Shown: positions 9,501 through 17,516, counted from the first letter of the stretch. The stretch is 64,000 nt of DNA from a bacterium (GCA_030429765.1 JAUIER010000016.1:38017-102016); one strand, 5' to 3'. Translations and numbers: made by a program. The notes: generated by a model from the sequence alone, not told the origin.

Positions 9501-9858
9501 AATCGGGGTCATGATCCGCAAGTACGGACTGCTTTTTGACAGTGTCCTGGATGGGTCCGGAGCCGAGGGCTTTCGTGAGAAGATGGCTGCCTTCGACTTT
9601 ATCCCTGAGGGTGTCGAAACCGATTCGGCCTTACTAGCCGGTAAACCGGATGAGGTCGGGGGGATCGATTTGAATCCCGAGACCATGAATCTTTTGGTCG
9701 ACCGCGAAGGCCAGGGCTTGGTGGTTCCAGAATGGAAACCGATACCGGGCAGCGAGCGGATCCTCGGACTTCAGCCGATCATCCTCAATGTGACGCCTGT
9801 CGTCAATCTACCGCTGATTCTGGGGCTGAAAACCGTCGACACAGAGGCCGATGGCTAA
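6577..9858 (+). CDS. Alpha-glucan phosphorylase (GT35) homologue. It has an N-terminal signal or anchor, a ~430 aa unknown N-domain and a C-terminal module shared with the preceding gene. It is possibly non-catalytic, because there is no lysine in the EASGT motif.
   Basis: GGLGFLTGD...GLGVMPLYDR matches the GGLGxLAGD...LLYR motif of short alpha-glucan phosphorylases. TTHTPEAA and VNGVSEEHG are also present. EASGTSDGAAALNG occurs where EASGTSGMKAAMNG is expected. The N-terminus is KNQKFKIWAAAARLIIAMTFMLSSVMPAGMALA. An RBS (AGGAGA) precedes the ATG. Confidence 0.65.
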   Translation: MSNVSKNQKFKIWAAAARLIIAMTFMLSSVMPAGMALADIDRSTLDNMNMVQPGSIVRLSEAFEPVVLKGINIRPDQPYTFDFLVDTNGHDMSDAEFEAESQKLIKYFLASLTIPEQDMWVNLSPYEANRMIPESFGQTEMGRDLLAQDYMLKQLTASLMYPEDELGQKFWSRVQDLANEQFGTHELPMKTFNKVWIVPEQARVYEHERGAVVVESYLNVMLEEDYLALEANAGRTNHGLGDVSADELVSKQDVSTRVIREIIIPEIEREVNSGETFANLRQIYNSMILAVWYKRVLKESLLGQIYMDKGRVEGIAQPSIEDNQKIYDMYVEAFKRGVYNYIKEDVDPATNQVVPRQYFSGGAVPITDQAVLVERTTAEETRAELERSQVRMLTVRMGRVPDVKQDYAVLAQDPELQQFLSEIREPSNNAFTDISLEAAIAELEGEAEGALGKGGLGFLTGDTWGAYKHLSTYRGLGVMPLYDRHYNPGSESIDWDNQPGIKPFIDQSTGEVLTFNVDFNLGSFPVQIYWVNRNGMPVFLIRSADFFGQLYPGGNAQKQQYGFLARAYVELMKKLEIAPKIVRLSEGQLVFVGTAMKNDVKHFKNNGGESVFDQAKIVFTTHTPEAAALPIFYDLDELENLVGRDLFEDIIENGRVNAAKALADMADIVNGVSEEHGSVTKVAVLPEFRNKTTAIQNGNEEATWYSGRLREHVETVGLANVTGKDLFDIGTEIKQNDLQQLLQDEFGVKFADPSRPLVGLVRRLVAYKEQQMFIPLVKWIVGDPNKDYYHDETGDYLGKGLGANLLIGGHSLDDVSPVWVREFRRLMQEEDVKGKFLYVAGTGIELRKLAVAGSDIWVSIPRPTREASGTSDGAAALNGTVNIATATGGPLSYIKHRKNGWLIDVFAGQSLDNVTLRFDQGDHDIIKEFQYEGGRQLATALRESTERLNDYTRRGNTEWLKTMRASFTASHREVSIGVMIRKYGLLFDSVLDGSGAEGFREKMAAFDFIPEGVETDSALLAGKPDEVGGIDLNPETMNLLVDREGQGLVVPEWKPIPGSERILGLQPIILNVTPVVNLPLILGLKTVDTEADG

Positions 9859-10012
9859 AAATCCATCCTTTGCTGGCGGTATGCCGCAGATATGCTATAG
9901 TTATGGGGCTGAGCGGGTTAGCCTTATCAAACCCGCTTGGTCCCGAATCAGGTAAACTGTCTGAAAAGACAGGGCACAAAGCTTTAGAACCTAATCTTCA
10001 AAGGGGTGAAGA

Positions 10013-10393
10013 ATGGTCGTCAGCTGCAAACAAATGAGGCATATCTGTAGTACAGTGATACTATCTTTGGCCGTTCTGGCCAGCACGGGACAGGCCGATG
10101 TTCGTCCGTTGACCGATGAGGAAATGGAGGAGATCGTCGCCGCTAACCTTCCGGTCGTTTCACCTGACAAAATCAACGCTGAGTTTTCCAGTCAAATAGC
10201 AGAGCTTGTCCAGACCATCACGGGTATCATCAATACTGGGATCAGTTCGGCGCTGGACAGCCAGGGCGGTTTAGTTCATATTAATGCCCTGAATTCCACG
10301 GCCAACGTGCAGATCAACTTTACGATCGGTGATCAACAGGCCGGGACATCCATCTACCAGTCCAATACCTATAATCCAACCAACAACCGATGA
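10013..10393 (+). CDS. Small secreted protein of unknown function
   Basis: An AAGGGGTGA RBS precedes the start. There is an internal signal peptide, ICSTVILSLAVLASTGQA. The stop overlaps the next gene's start (ATGA). Confidence 0.5.
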   Translation: MVVSCKQMRHICSTVILSLAVLASTGQADVRPLTDEEMEEIVAANLPVVSPDKINAEFSSQIAELVQTITGIINTGISSALDSQGGLVHINALNSTANVQINFTIGDQQAGTSIYQSNTYNPTNNR

Positions 10394-10884
10394 ACCGACG
10401 CACACGACAGTACGCGCATTTGAGACCATTGATTCGGACAGCGGGAGATTATCTGTCTATCCTGTTTCTCGTGACGGGTATCAGTGGTTGCACGCTCAAT
10501 GAACCGCCGTATGAGTATCTGCCGGATGGTACGTTTAGTTACAAGACCGGTCCGATTCCGGTGATGGAATCGGTCAGTGATCCGAATACGTACAAGGGTT
10601 ATGTTCAAATGAAGGTCAAGTTTAAGGCCGATGAATACACGGCGAGCAATAAATTTGATCAAGGCGGCAGTGTGTTTGTGTCATTTTGGGTCGATTCAAG
10701 CGGGCATGTCGTCAAGGTCAAAGTGGTGCCTGAAAGTTCCAGCGCGCCGAAAGCATTGTACAAGCCGGCCGAACAGATCATCTACGACGCCGGGCCGTTC
10801 AAGCCCTTTCCGGAGGATATCAAATCCTCGACGCTGCAGTTTAATCTGATCATCAACTTCAAAGTTTCCGATCCCGATCAATAA
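10390..10884 (+). CDS. Lipoprotein with a TonB-C-terminal-like domain
   Basis: The lipobox is LVTGISGC. The C-terminal region GGSVFVSFWVDSSGHVVKVKVV...PFKPFP resembles the TonB_C fold. Confidence 0.45.
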   Translation: MNRRTRQYAHLRPLIRTAGDYLSILFLVTGISGCTLNEPPYEYLPDGTFSYKTGPIPVMESVSDPNTYKGYVQMKVKFKADEYTASNKFDQGGSVFVSFWVDSSGHVVKVKVVPESSSAPKALYKPAEQIIYDAGPFKPFPEDIKSSTLQFNLIINFKVSDPDQ

Positions 10885-10926
10885 AGAGCTTTTGGTCACG
10901 CCTGATTTGTGTATAATAGTAGGCCT

Positions 10927-12936
10927 ATGCGAACAATTCTCTGCCGTTATACAAGTCTGTTGATCCTTTCGGTTGTTGTCGTTGCCTGCGGCCAAACACC
11001 GCCGCCCCGATCGGCCGAACCTGTGGTCAGTTCCAAAATTTCATTGATGGATGAATGGCTCAAGGGGTACGAGCTGCCCGAACCAAGTTTTGAAATACAG
11101 AACCCGGGTAAGCCTGACGTATTGGATTATTCGGAATACGGCGAGTTTATCAATTTAGGGAAGAAGGGATACAAATTCAAGATCAAGGATCGTGACCGGC
11201 TAAAACAGGATATCGGACAGGGGATTTATCCCAACCAAAACGGTGTGCGTCAGGATGAGAATTTCAAGGCCATGTCGGAGCAAGGATTGATGAAGGAATC
11301 GCATTGGGATCTGCTCAAACATGAAAACGCGCAGCTGGCCTTCTACAAGTGGGCTACCGTTGGTGATGATCCCGGCGTTAAAGCGTTTTTTACCGGTCAA
11401 ATCCTGGAGCGGTCGGGCCATATCCTGCATGCGATCAAATCTTACTACGCGGCCGTCGTGCATTTTCCGAAATCAGCGGCCTGGGCGGCCGATGGGAGTT
11501 TTGTATGGTACATCGCGCCGGCGGCCATGGGATCCATCAAACGTCTGTGCCGCGATTATCCGGACCTGAATTTAGAATACCTGGACTATATGTTTTCCAT
11601 TGAAAACGGCGGGGATACCAACCTGGGCAATGATATTGTCGCGGTGCACCCCGGACGCTTTATCCAGAAAACATTTGACGAAAAATTGGCGGACAGGCCT
11701 GACTTTGATTCGCTCAAGATTGTTGAGCGGCGCGGGGACGGCAAGGTCCAGTTGGTCAAGTATGAAAACGGCCACTGGCAAATGCTCGTCGACAATAAAC
11801 CGTTTATGGTGCGGGGGGTTACTTATGGGCCGACTCAGATCGGGTTGGGACCGTTGGATGATTTTCATTATGATGTCCGCTGGATGCGTTCCGATGTGAA
11901 CGGAAACGGGATTGTTGATGCGCCCTATGAGGCGTGGGTGGACAAAAATCAGAACGGTGTTCAGGATGCGGATGAGCCGGCTGTCGGAGATTTTCAGCTG
12001 ATGAAGGACATGGGAGTCAACGCGATTCGATATTACATCACCAACGGCACGCGGACGGAGTATGATCCCGACCTGATCAACAAGGAATTGTTGCGCGATA
12101 TGTATGAGACATACGGGATTCGCCTGATCGCCGGCGATTTTTTGGGGGCGTACACCGTCGGATCAGGGGCAGATTGGGAGGCCGGTACGGATTACACGGA
12201 TCCCAAGCAGTTGAAATTCATGAAGGAAATCGTCCGTCAAAAGGTTCTGGATCTCAAGGATGAACCCTTTCTGTTGATGTGGCTGCTGGGTAATGAGAAT
12301 AATATGGGTAGCGGCAATCGCGGTGTTAATGCCACCCGCACGCTGGCCGACAAACAGCCCGAGGCCTATGCCAAGTTCCTCAATGAAGTCGCGGAAATGA
12401 TCCATGAGCTCGATCCGGACCATCCCGTTGCGATCGGTAATTTGGGTACAGGCCTGCTGGAGTATTATGGTAAGTATTCGCCGGCCATTGACATCATGGG
12501 CGTTAATGCGTACATGGGCGGTGGTGGTTTCGGTATCATGTGGGACGAGGTCAAGCGCGTGTTTGACCGTCCGGTGATGGTCACGGAGTATGGCGTGGAT
12601 GCGTTTGATGAGAACTTGAAGGATACAAATGAGACCGCGCAAAGCGAGTACCACTATGGCAACCTCAGGGATATCGTGATCAATCAGGCCGGCGGCATTT
12701 ACGCGGGCAATTCCATCGGCGGGATCATTTTTGAATATCTCGACGAGTGGTGGAAGGATACACATGGTCATCCGGTGACCGAGCAGCAACGCGAACCTCA
12801 ATATCCATCCGCGGCCTTCGACGGGTACAATCACGAAGAGTGGTTCGGGATCGTCGGGCAGGGGACGGGACGGCACAGTCCGTTTGAACGCCATCTGCGC
12901 GAAACATACTTTATGTACCAAAAGTACTGGCAATAA
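10927..12936 (+). CDS. Clan GH-A (GH5/GH2-like TIM-barrel) glycoside hydrolase lipoprotein with an inserted dockerin-like Ca-binding pair
   Basis: The lipoprotein signal is MRTILCRYTSLLILSVVVVACGQ. The ORF could start at the GTG at 10909. The LLGNENN motif fits the acid/base NE, and VTEYGVDAF fits the nucleophile TE. DVNGNGIVDA and DKNQNGVQDAD are Ca-binding loops. Confidence 0.6.
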   Translation: MRTILCRYTSLLILSVVVVACGQTPPPRSAEPVVSSKISLMDEWLKGYELPEPSFEIQNPGKPDVLDYSEYGEFINLGKKGYKFKIKDRDRLKQDIGQGIYPNQNGVRQDENFKAMSEQGLMKESHWDLLKHENAQLAFYKWATVGDDPGVKAFFTGQILERSGHILHAIKSYYAAVVHFPKSAAWAADGSFVWYIAPAAMGSIKRLCRDYPDLNLEYLDYMFSIENGGDTNLGNDIVAVHPGRFIQKTFDEKLADRPDFDSLKIVERRGDGKVQLVKYENGHWQMLVDNKPFMVRGVTYGPTQIGLGPLDDFHYDVRWMRSDVNGNGIVDAPYEAWVDKNQNGVQDADEPAVGDFQLMKDMGVNAIRYYITNGTRTEYDPDLINKELLRDMYETYGIRLIAGDFLGAYTVGSGADWEAGTDYTDPKQLKFMKEIVRQKVLDLKDEPFLLMWLLGNENNMGSGNRGVNATRTLADKQPEAYAKFLNEVAEMIHELDPDHPVAIGNLGTGLLEYYGKYSPAIDIMGVNAYMGGGGFGIMWDEVKRVFDRPVMVTEYGVDAFDENLKDTNETAQSEYHYGNLRDIVINQAGGIYAGNSIGGIIFEYLDEWWKDTHGHPVTEQQREPQYPSAAFDGYNHEEWFGIVGQGTGRHSPFERHLRETYFMYQKYWQ

Positions 12937-12977
12937 TTTTTGACGATATCGATTTCCTGCCTATTCTCCGATCTTCT

Positions 12978-13931
12978 ATGAACATGACCCCCGAGAAAAT
13001 TGAGCATCATGCCACCTTGTTGTGTAATCGTGTCAAGAAGCGATACGCGCATTTGCGCAAACGTTTTGCCCGACGACAAATCGACTGTTTTCGTCTGTAC
13101 GATTGGGATATTCCCGAAGTGCGGGCGGTCGTGGATTGGTACGCGGGGCATCTGGTCGTGGCCGAGTATGTGCGGACACAAACCGGTCCTGACTGGCTTC
13201 CGGCGATGGCTGCGGCGTTGTCCAAGGCTATGGAGATTTCCTCAGATCGGGTTCACATCAAGCGACGTCAAACCAAGTCAGGATCCGGACTGCGGTATTC
13301 ACGGCTCGCCGAGACCAATCAGCGTTTCATTGTTCACGAGCGCGATCTTAAGTTTTGGATCAACTGCGAAGATTTTCTGGACACGGGATTGTTTTCGGAT
13401 CATCGGGACACGCGTCTGATGGTGCAGGATCTCGCGGAAGGTAAACGATTTTTAAACCTATTCGCCTACACCGGCGCCTTCACATGCGCCGCTGCCTCGG
13501 GAGGTGCGGTAAACTGCACCACTGTCGATCGATCGGATACGTACATTTCCTGGGCCAAGGATAATCTGGTCTTGAACGGCTTGTGGAACGATGCCCACGA
13601 TTTGGTGCAGTCCGATGTCTTTGAGTTTCTGCGGCAGCAGCGTAAATTGGCGAAACGCTACGATCTATGCGTGGTTGACCCGCCGTCGTTTTTCAGGGAC
13701 GATAAGCGGAATGTGAATTTTGATGTCAATAAGGACCATATCCGCTTGCTGGAAAACGTGATCAAGGTGATGGATCAGGGGGGAATAGTCTTTTTTTCAA
13801 CCAATCACCAAAAGTTCAAATCCCGTCTTCGCCGGCTGGATGTTGCCCAGATGATGGAACTGACGCCAAAGTCTATCCCCGAGGATTATCGGAATCGGCA
13901 GATTCATCGGTGTTGGAAGATTACTGTTTAG
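12978..13931 (+). CDS. Class I SAM-dependent rRNA methyltransferase (RlmI/RlmK-like)
   Basis: Motifs LYDWDIPEV, NLFAYTGAFTCAAASGGA and VVDPPSF are typical of PF10672-type 23S rRNA methyltransferases. Confidence 0.6.
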   Translation: MNMTPEKIEHHATLLCNRVKKRYAHLRKRFARRQIDCFRLYDWDIPEVRAVVDWYAGHLVVAEYVRTQTGPDWLPAMAAALSKAMEISSDRVHIKRRQTKSGSGLRYSRLAETNQRFIVHERDLKFWINCEDFLDTGLFSDHRDTRLMVQDLAEGKRFLNLFAYTGAFTCAAASGGAVNCTTVDRSDTYISWAKDNLVLNGLWNDAHDLVQSDVFEFLRQQRKLAKRYDLCVVDPPSFFRDDKRNVNFDVNKDHIRLLENVIKVMDQGGIVFFSTNHQKFKSRLRRLDVAQMMELTPKSIPEDYRNRQIHRCWKITV

Positions 13932-14183
13932 CGGGGCAGGATTCTCGTCGGGGATCTTTTATGCCTAATTTTTAGGCATCGCGAAATCATCGCAAAAAAG
14001 TGCTTGTACGACGCATATATATATGTATAATGTAATCTCGTGCAGATGACTTCTTCTGCCGAGTGAGCATTTCGGGGGGAAATGCGTCCATCAAATACTC
14101 GGAGTCAATATATAGGCACTCACTGAAGTGAGGCCAAACGGATCTTCAAACACAATCAAAAACCAACTTCTTAGGAGGAAGAA

Positions 14184-15029
14184 ATGAAGAAATTGCCATT
14201 TTTTATGGTCCTAAGTCTAGTTATGGGGCTAGCAGCAACACAAGCTAGCGCGCAGCCTTATGCTGGACCAGTGGCGGCAGACAGTTGTGAAACCGAGGCG
14301 GGAAGTGCTGCCGGAGTTGCCACACCTTGTCAACCTGAACCAAACCAGAATGTCTACCAAGCTATCGAAAAAATTCTAGCCGAAGCGGGAGCTCCGTCGT
14401 TAGGATTGGATTCGAATGCCGATACAGACAATCTGCAGATTCTAGATAACGGATATTGGGATGTTCTAGGCGGCGGTGATCCATCAAACGTTGCGGTTAT
14501 CGCCATCGGAGCAGCCAACACAAACACATTGGGTGTTTATCCTTTCGGAAACCCGGCGGGTGTTGTTGATATCGTCCCTGCGCAAACTGGATTCCAGTTT
14601 TTAGGCGACGGAACAGCCGGTAACCCATACCCAGGTGGAACGATTAACCTAGCGACAAATTTCGGTTTCTCGCTAAGAAGTAACTTCGGATCAGGTGAAG
14701 ATATCTGGTATTCAGATCCAACACTAAACTCCGATGGTATCGATCACATGATGGCGTTCGCACTACCTTCACTTGACGGGACATCACTATTCATCGACCT
14801 AAACGGAACACCAACTGAAATTACTTTCGGTACCGGTACAGTTCTATTGGGTTGGGAAGATGTTTCAATGGGAGTTAGCTCTTCATCAGACTACGATTAC
14901 AACGATACGCTTTTCCTAATCTCAAACCTTGATAATCCAACGAATGTTGTTCCAGAGCCGCTATCAATGGTTCTTTTCGGAACAGGACTAGCTGGAATGG
15001 CCGGGTTGAGACGTCGAAAAGTTGCCTAA
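14184..15029 (+). CDS. PEP-CTERM sorting-domain secreted protein
   Basis: There is a strong RBS, AGGAGGAAGAAATG, and a signal peptide. The C-terminus VPEPLSMVLFGTGLAGMAGLRRRKVA is the canonical PEP-CTERM pattern: motif, TM helix, basic tail. Confidence 0.85.
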   Translation: MKKLPFFMVLSLVMGLAATQASAQPYAGPVAADSCETEAGSAAGVATPCQPEPNQNVYQAIEKILAEAGAPSLGLDSNADTDNLQILDNGYWDVLGGGDPSNVAVIAIGAANTNTLGVYPFGNPAGVVDIVPAQTGFQFLGDGTAGNPYPGGTINLATNFGFSLRSNFGSGEDIWYSDPTLNSDGIDHMMAFALPSLDGTSLFIDLNGTPTEITFGTGTVLLGWEDVSMGVSSSSDYDYNDTLFLISNLDNPTNVVPEPLSMVLFGTGLAGMAGLRRRKVA

Positions 15030-15061
15030 TAAGCATCACATTACGTTTGAAGAATTCAAGG

Positions 15062-15098
15062 TCGGGAAAGGGAGCGAATCCCTTTCCCGATTTTTTTT
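15062..15098 (+). terminator. Rho-independent terminator after the PEP-CTERM gene
   Basis: A perfect hairpin TCGGGAAAGGGAgcgaaTCCCTTTCCCGA is followed by a T8 run. Confidence 0.8.
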
Positions 15099-15202
15099 GA
15101 ATTGAAATTAGGGTGGGATCAGTGTGTGTTTTGTGGTAAACTTGTGTAGGTCAATCGTTGATTAACCACAAAGGCTTCAAGCCCCTACCAGAAAGAGGTA
15201 TC

Positions 15203-15595
15203 ATGCAAAATCCATTAGAAATTACTTTTCACGATATAGGTCACGATCCTGTTCTGGAAAATCTAGTTCAGGAAAAATACGAAAAGTTAAGGGGAGTGGC
15301 TCCCAATGTGACCAAATGTCACGTTATTCTTGAAAAATTGAGTAAGCATCACCATACCGCCAACGCCTGTTGCGTTCGGATGGATCTTAAAATTCCTCAT
15401 TTTGACGACATCGTCATTGCTGAAAAATGTGAAGAAGGCGAGGCTTCATTGTCTTCAACTATTATCAAGGTTTTTAAGCGCGGTTCGCGTCTGATGAAAA
15501 AAGATATGCAGCGCCGCACGGACCGTCACCGCGTCCCACGTCCTGATAAGTTTGAAGTTGGATCGCGGTCAGACGCGGCGGGTGAAGACGAGTAG
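15203..15595 (+). CDS. hpf: Ribosome hibernation promoting factor / RaiA-family protein (short form)
   Basis: The N-terminus PLEITFHDIGHDPVLENLVQEKYEKLRG fits the HPF pattern. AAGAGG lies 6 nt upstream of ATG 15203. The listed ORF start at 15158 is probably too long. Confidence 0.5.
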   Translation: MQNPLEITFHDIGHDPVLENLVQEKYEKLRGVAPNVTKCHVILEKLSKHHHTANACCVRMDLKIPHFDDIVIAEKCEEGEASLSSTIIKVFKRGSRLMKKDMQRRTDRHRVPRPDKFEVGSRSDAAGEDE

Positions 15596-15639
15596 TCTTC
15601 AGCCTTATCTCAGCATTCAAAATCAACTTAAAATATCCA

Positions 15640-15697
15640 GATGTGAATGTCGGGTGTCACTCAATGTGATGGCCCGATATTCACATTTGTATTTTTT
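15640..15697 (+). terminator. Rho-independent terminator after hpf
   Basis: A hairpin GTGAATGTCGGGTGTCACTCAATGTGATGGCCCGATATTCAC is followed by TTTGTATTTTTTT. Confidence 0.6.
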
Positions 15698-15807
15698 TGC
15701 GCTGTCCCGGACAGCGTCGGACAGGCCGGTTCTGACATCTTGATTAATGCTGAATCCTCCTTAAATTAGAAGGTAACAACTAACTTCTAACAAGGTGAGA
15801 TTCAGCT

Positions 15808-16353
15808 ATGAAAATTCAACTCAGTTTCCTCATTGCATTTGCAGTCATCTGCGCAGGCTCGACATCCGTCGATGCCTCAACATCCTTTTACGGATACGAT
15901 TACCACTACAATCTCAAAAAGAATCGCGACTATCACAAGATTATGCATGGCTATGCGCCGTATTATTTTTCGGACTCCGCACGATCCAGATATTCGTACA
16001 CGGCTGAAGAAAAAGGGCACTACATCGATGGTCGTACGGACAAGGAGTGGCCATTCTCTGAAAAAGCCTATGAGTTAAGTGAAACTTGGAGCGATGATTC
16101 AGATGGTGTGCTGATGTCAGTTCCATCCGATGAGTATGTCTCTAAGCTCAGTAAAGAGGTCAATCAGGCATTCGCTCTGGCCAAGCAGAAGAAGGTGACA
16201 CCGCGTGTCAATGAAATGCGAGATATCGATCAAGTGATCCAGCGACACAAGTGGACGTTTGAATCGTTGATTATGCGTAAGGCTGTCAAGGAAGGTCGCA
16301 GCGAGGTCAAGGCCGATACGATCGACTATGACCGACTTTTCCAAGTCAAGTAA
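15808..16353 (+). CDS. Secreted hypothetical protein
   Basis: The signal peptide is MKIQLSFLIAFAVICAGSTSVDAS. An RBS (AAGGTGAGA) precedes the start. Confidence 0.5.
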   Translation: MKIQLSFLIAFAVICAGSTSVDASTSFYGYDYHYNLKKNRDYHKIMHGYAPYYFSDSARSRYSYTAEEKGHYIDGRTDKEWPFSEKAYELSETWSDDSDGVLMSVPSDEYVSKLSKEVNQAFALAKQKKVTPRVNEMRDIDQVIQRHKWTFESLIMRKAVKEGRSEVKADTIDYDRLFQVK

Positions 16354-16465
16354 ACGTTAATCTTACACTTCAGATTTTCTCAGATTTTTGCGGACATTCT
16401 ATTTTTTTGTCGGTATGATAATAGGTAAGTTGAGTTATTATACTTTCAAAACAAAAGGATAGAGT

Positions 16466-16873
16466 ATGCCTGAATTGAATAATTATTCGCCTGAAGAAAA
16501 AGTCCAGATGGAGGCGTGGCTCGTCAGTGTGCTGCAAAAGTGCAAAAACGCCCAGCTTCAGATCAGCGAGAAACGGAATTATACCTTTGAGCGGGTAGAG
16601 TTGGTTGTCTATCGCAATGATATTGACGAATGGAAACGTATTTTTGCCGAAGATTACGGCGGGATTCGTAAGGATGAAGGGGCAACCCCGACGGAAGAGG
16701 ATATGGCGATCACCAAGTCCTATGGCGGGGTCAATGAAATGCAGACCCTTTTCGTCAAGGAATTAGAAAGTTTTACGGCGATCGCGATGTTTTGGCCGTG
16801 GGGTGATGATCTGAGTATGACCGTTCATATGGGATTTGTGTTTCAGCGAAAGTTAGATGATTTGGGAATTTAG
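16466..16873 (+). CDS. Hypothetical protein
   Basis: A 135 aa ORF with an RBS (AAGGATAGAG). I recognise no domain. Confidence 0.4.
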   Translation: MPELNNYSPEEKVQMEAWLVSVLQKCKNAQLQISEKRNYTFERVELVVYRNDIDEWKRIFAEDYGGIRKDEGATPTEEDMAITKSYGGVNEMQTLFVKELESFTAIAMFWPWGDDLSMTVHMGFVFQRKLDDLGI

Positions 16874-17516
16874 GTCGCTGAACTGGGGGCGATTCTTGGC
16901 GGTCATGTTTTTAAGCTTCCTGATGGCCGGTTGTCAGTCCTCAAGCTATGCTTCACCTGTCATTGTCTTTCTTGGGGACAGTCTAATCGCACGCAATGAT
17001 TGGACTAGCTTTCTCAATCGTTCCAATGTACACAATTCTGGAGTTGGCGGCAATACGGTGCGAGATGTCATCAATCGGCTCGATGCGGTCTATGAACTCA
17101 AGCCGGATGTGGTGGTTCTTATGGTGGGCATCAACAACAAGCCCAATCCACAGAATATTCCCCAAATTATCGATGATTACCGACAGCTTTTGATCCGATT
17201 GCGATCCTTTCATCCGGAATTGAATCTCTATGTTCATAGTGTCCTGCCTGTCAACTTTTCGATTTATGGGACGTCGCCGTCACATGTTCGGATCGACAAT
17301 AGAGATGTACAAATGCTCAACCGAAAGCTGCGTGCACTCGTGGCCGAATTTAAGGGGCATTTTATCGATCTTCATTCCTATTTTCTTGAAGATGGAGAGC
17401 TCAGCCCACAATACACGCAGGATGGCATTCATTTAAATCGGGCAGGATATGTCCTGTGGCGGTCACACCTCCCTAAACATTTTTTTGATACCACGCAAAC
17501 TGATTCCATTCGATGA
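16857..17516 (+). CDS. SGNH/GDSL-family hydrolase lipoprotein
   Basis: The lipobox is FLMAGCQ. Motifs GDSLIARNDW, GVGGNTV, GINN and DGIHLNRAGY match SGNH blocks I, II, III and V. Confidence 0.7.
   Translation: MIWEFRSLNWGRFLAVMFLSFLMAGCQSSSYASPVIVFLGDSLIARNDWTSFLNRSNVHNSGVGGNTVRDVINRLDAVYELKPDVVVLMVGINNKPNPQNIPQIIDDYRQLLIRLRSFHPELNLYVHSVLPVNFSIYGTSPSHVRIDNRDVQMLNRKLRALVAEFKGHFIDLHSYFLEDGELSPQYTQDGIHLNRAGYVLWRSHLPKHFFDTTQTDSIR

Noticed and set aside
15158-15202. A longer N-terminus for the hpf ORF (MINHKGFKPLPERGI)
   Set aside because: It has no RBS. The internal ATG at 15203 has AAGAGG at the right distance, and HPF homologues start at the conserved beta-strand.
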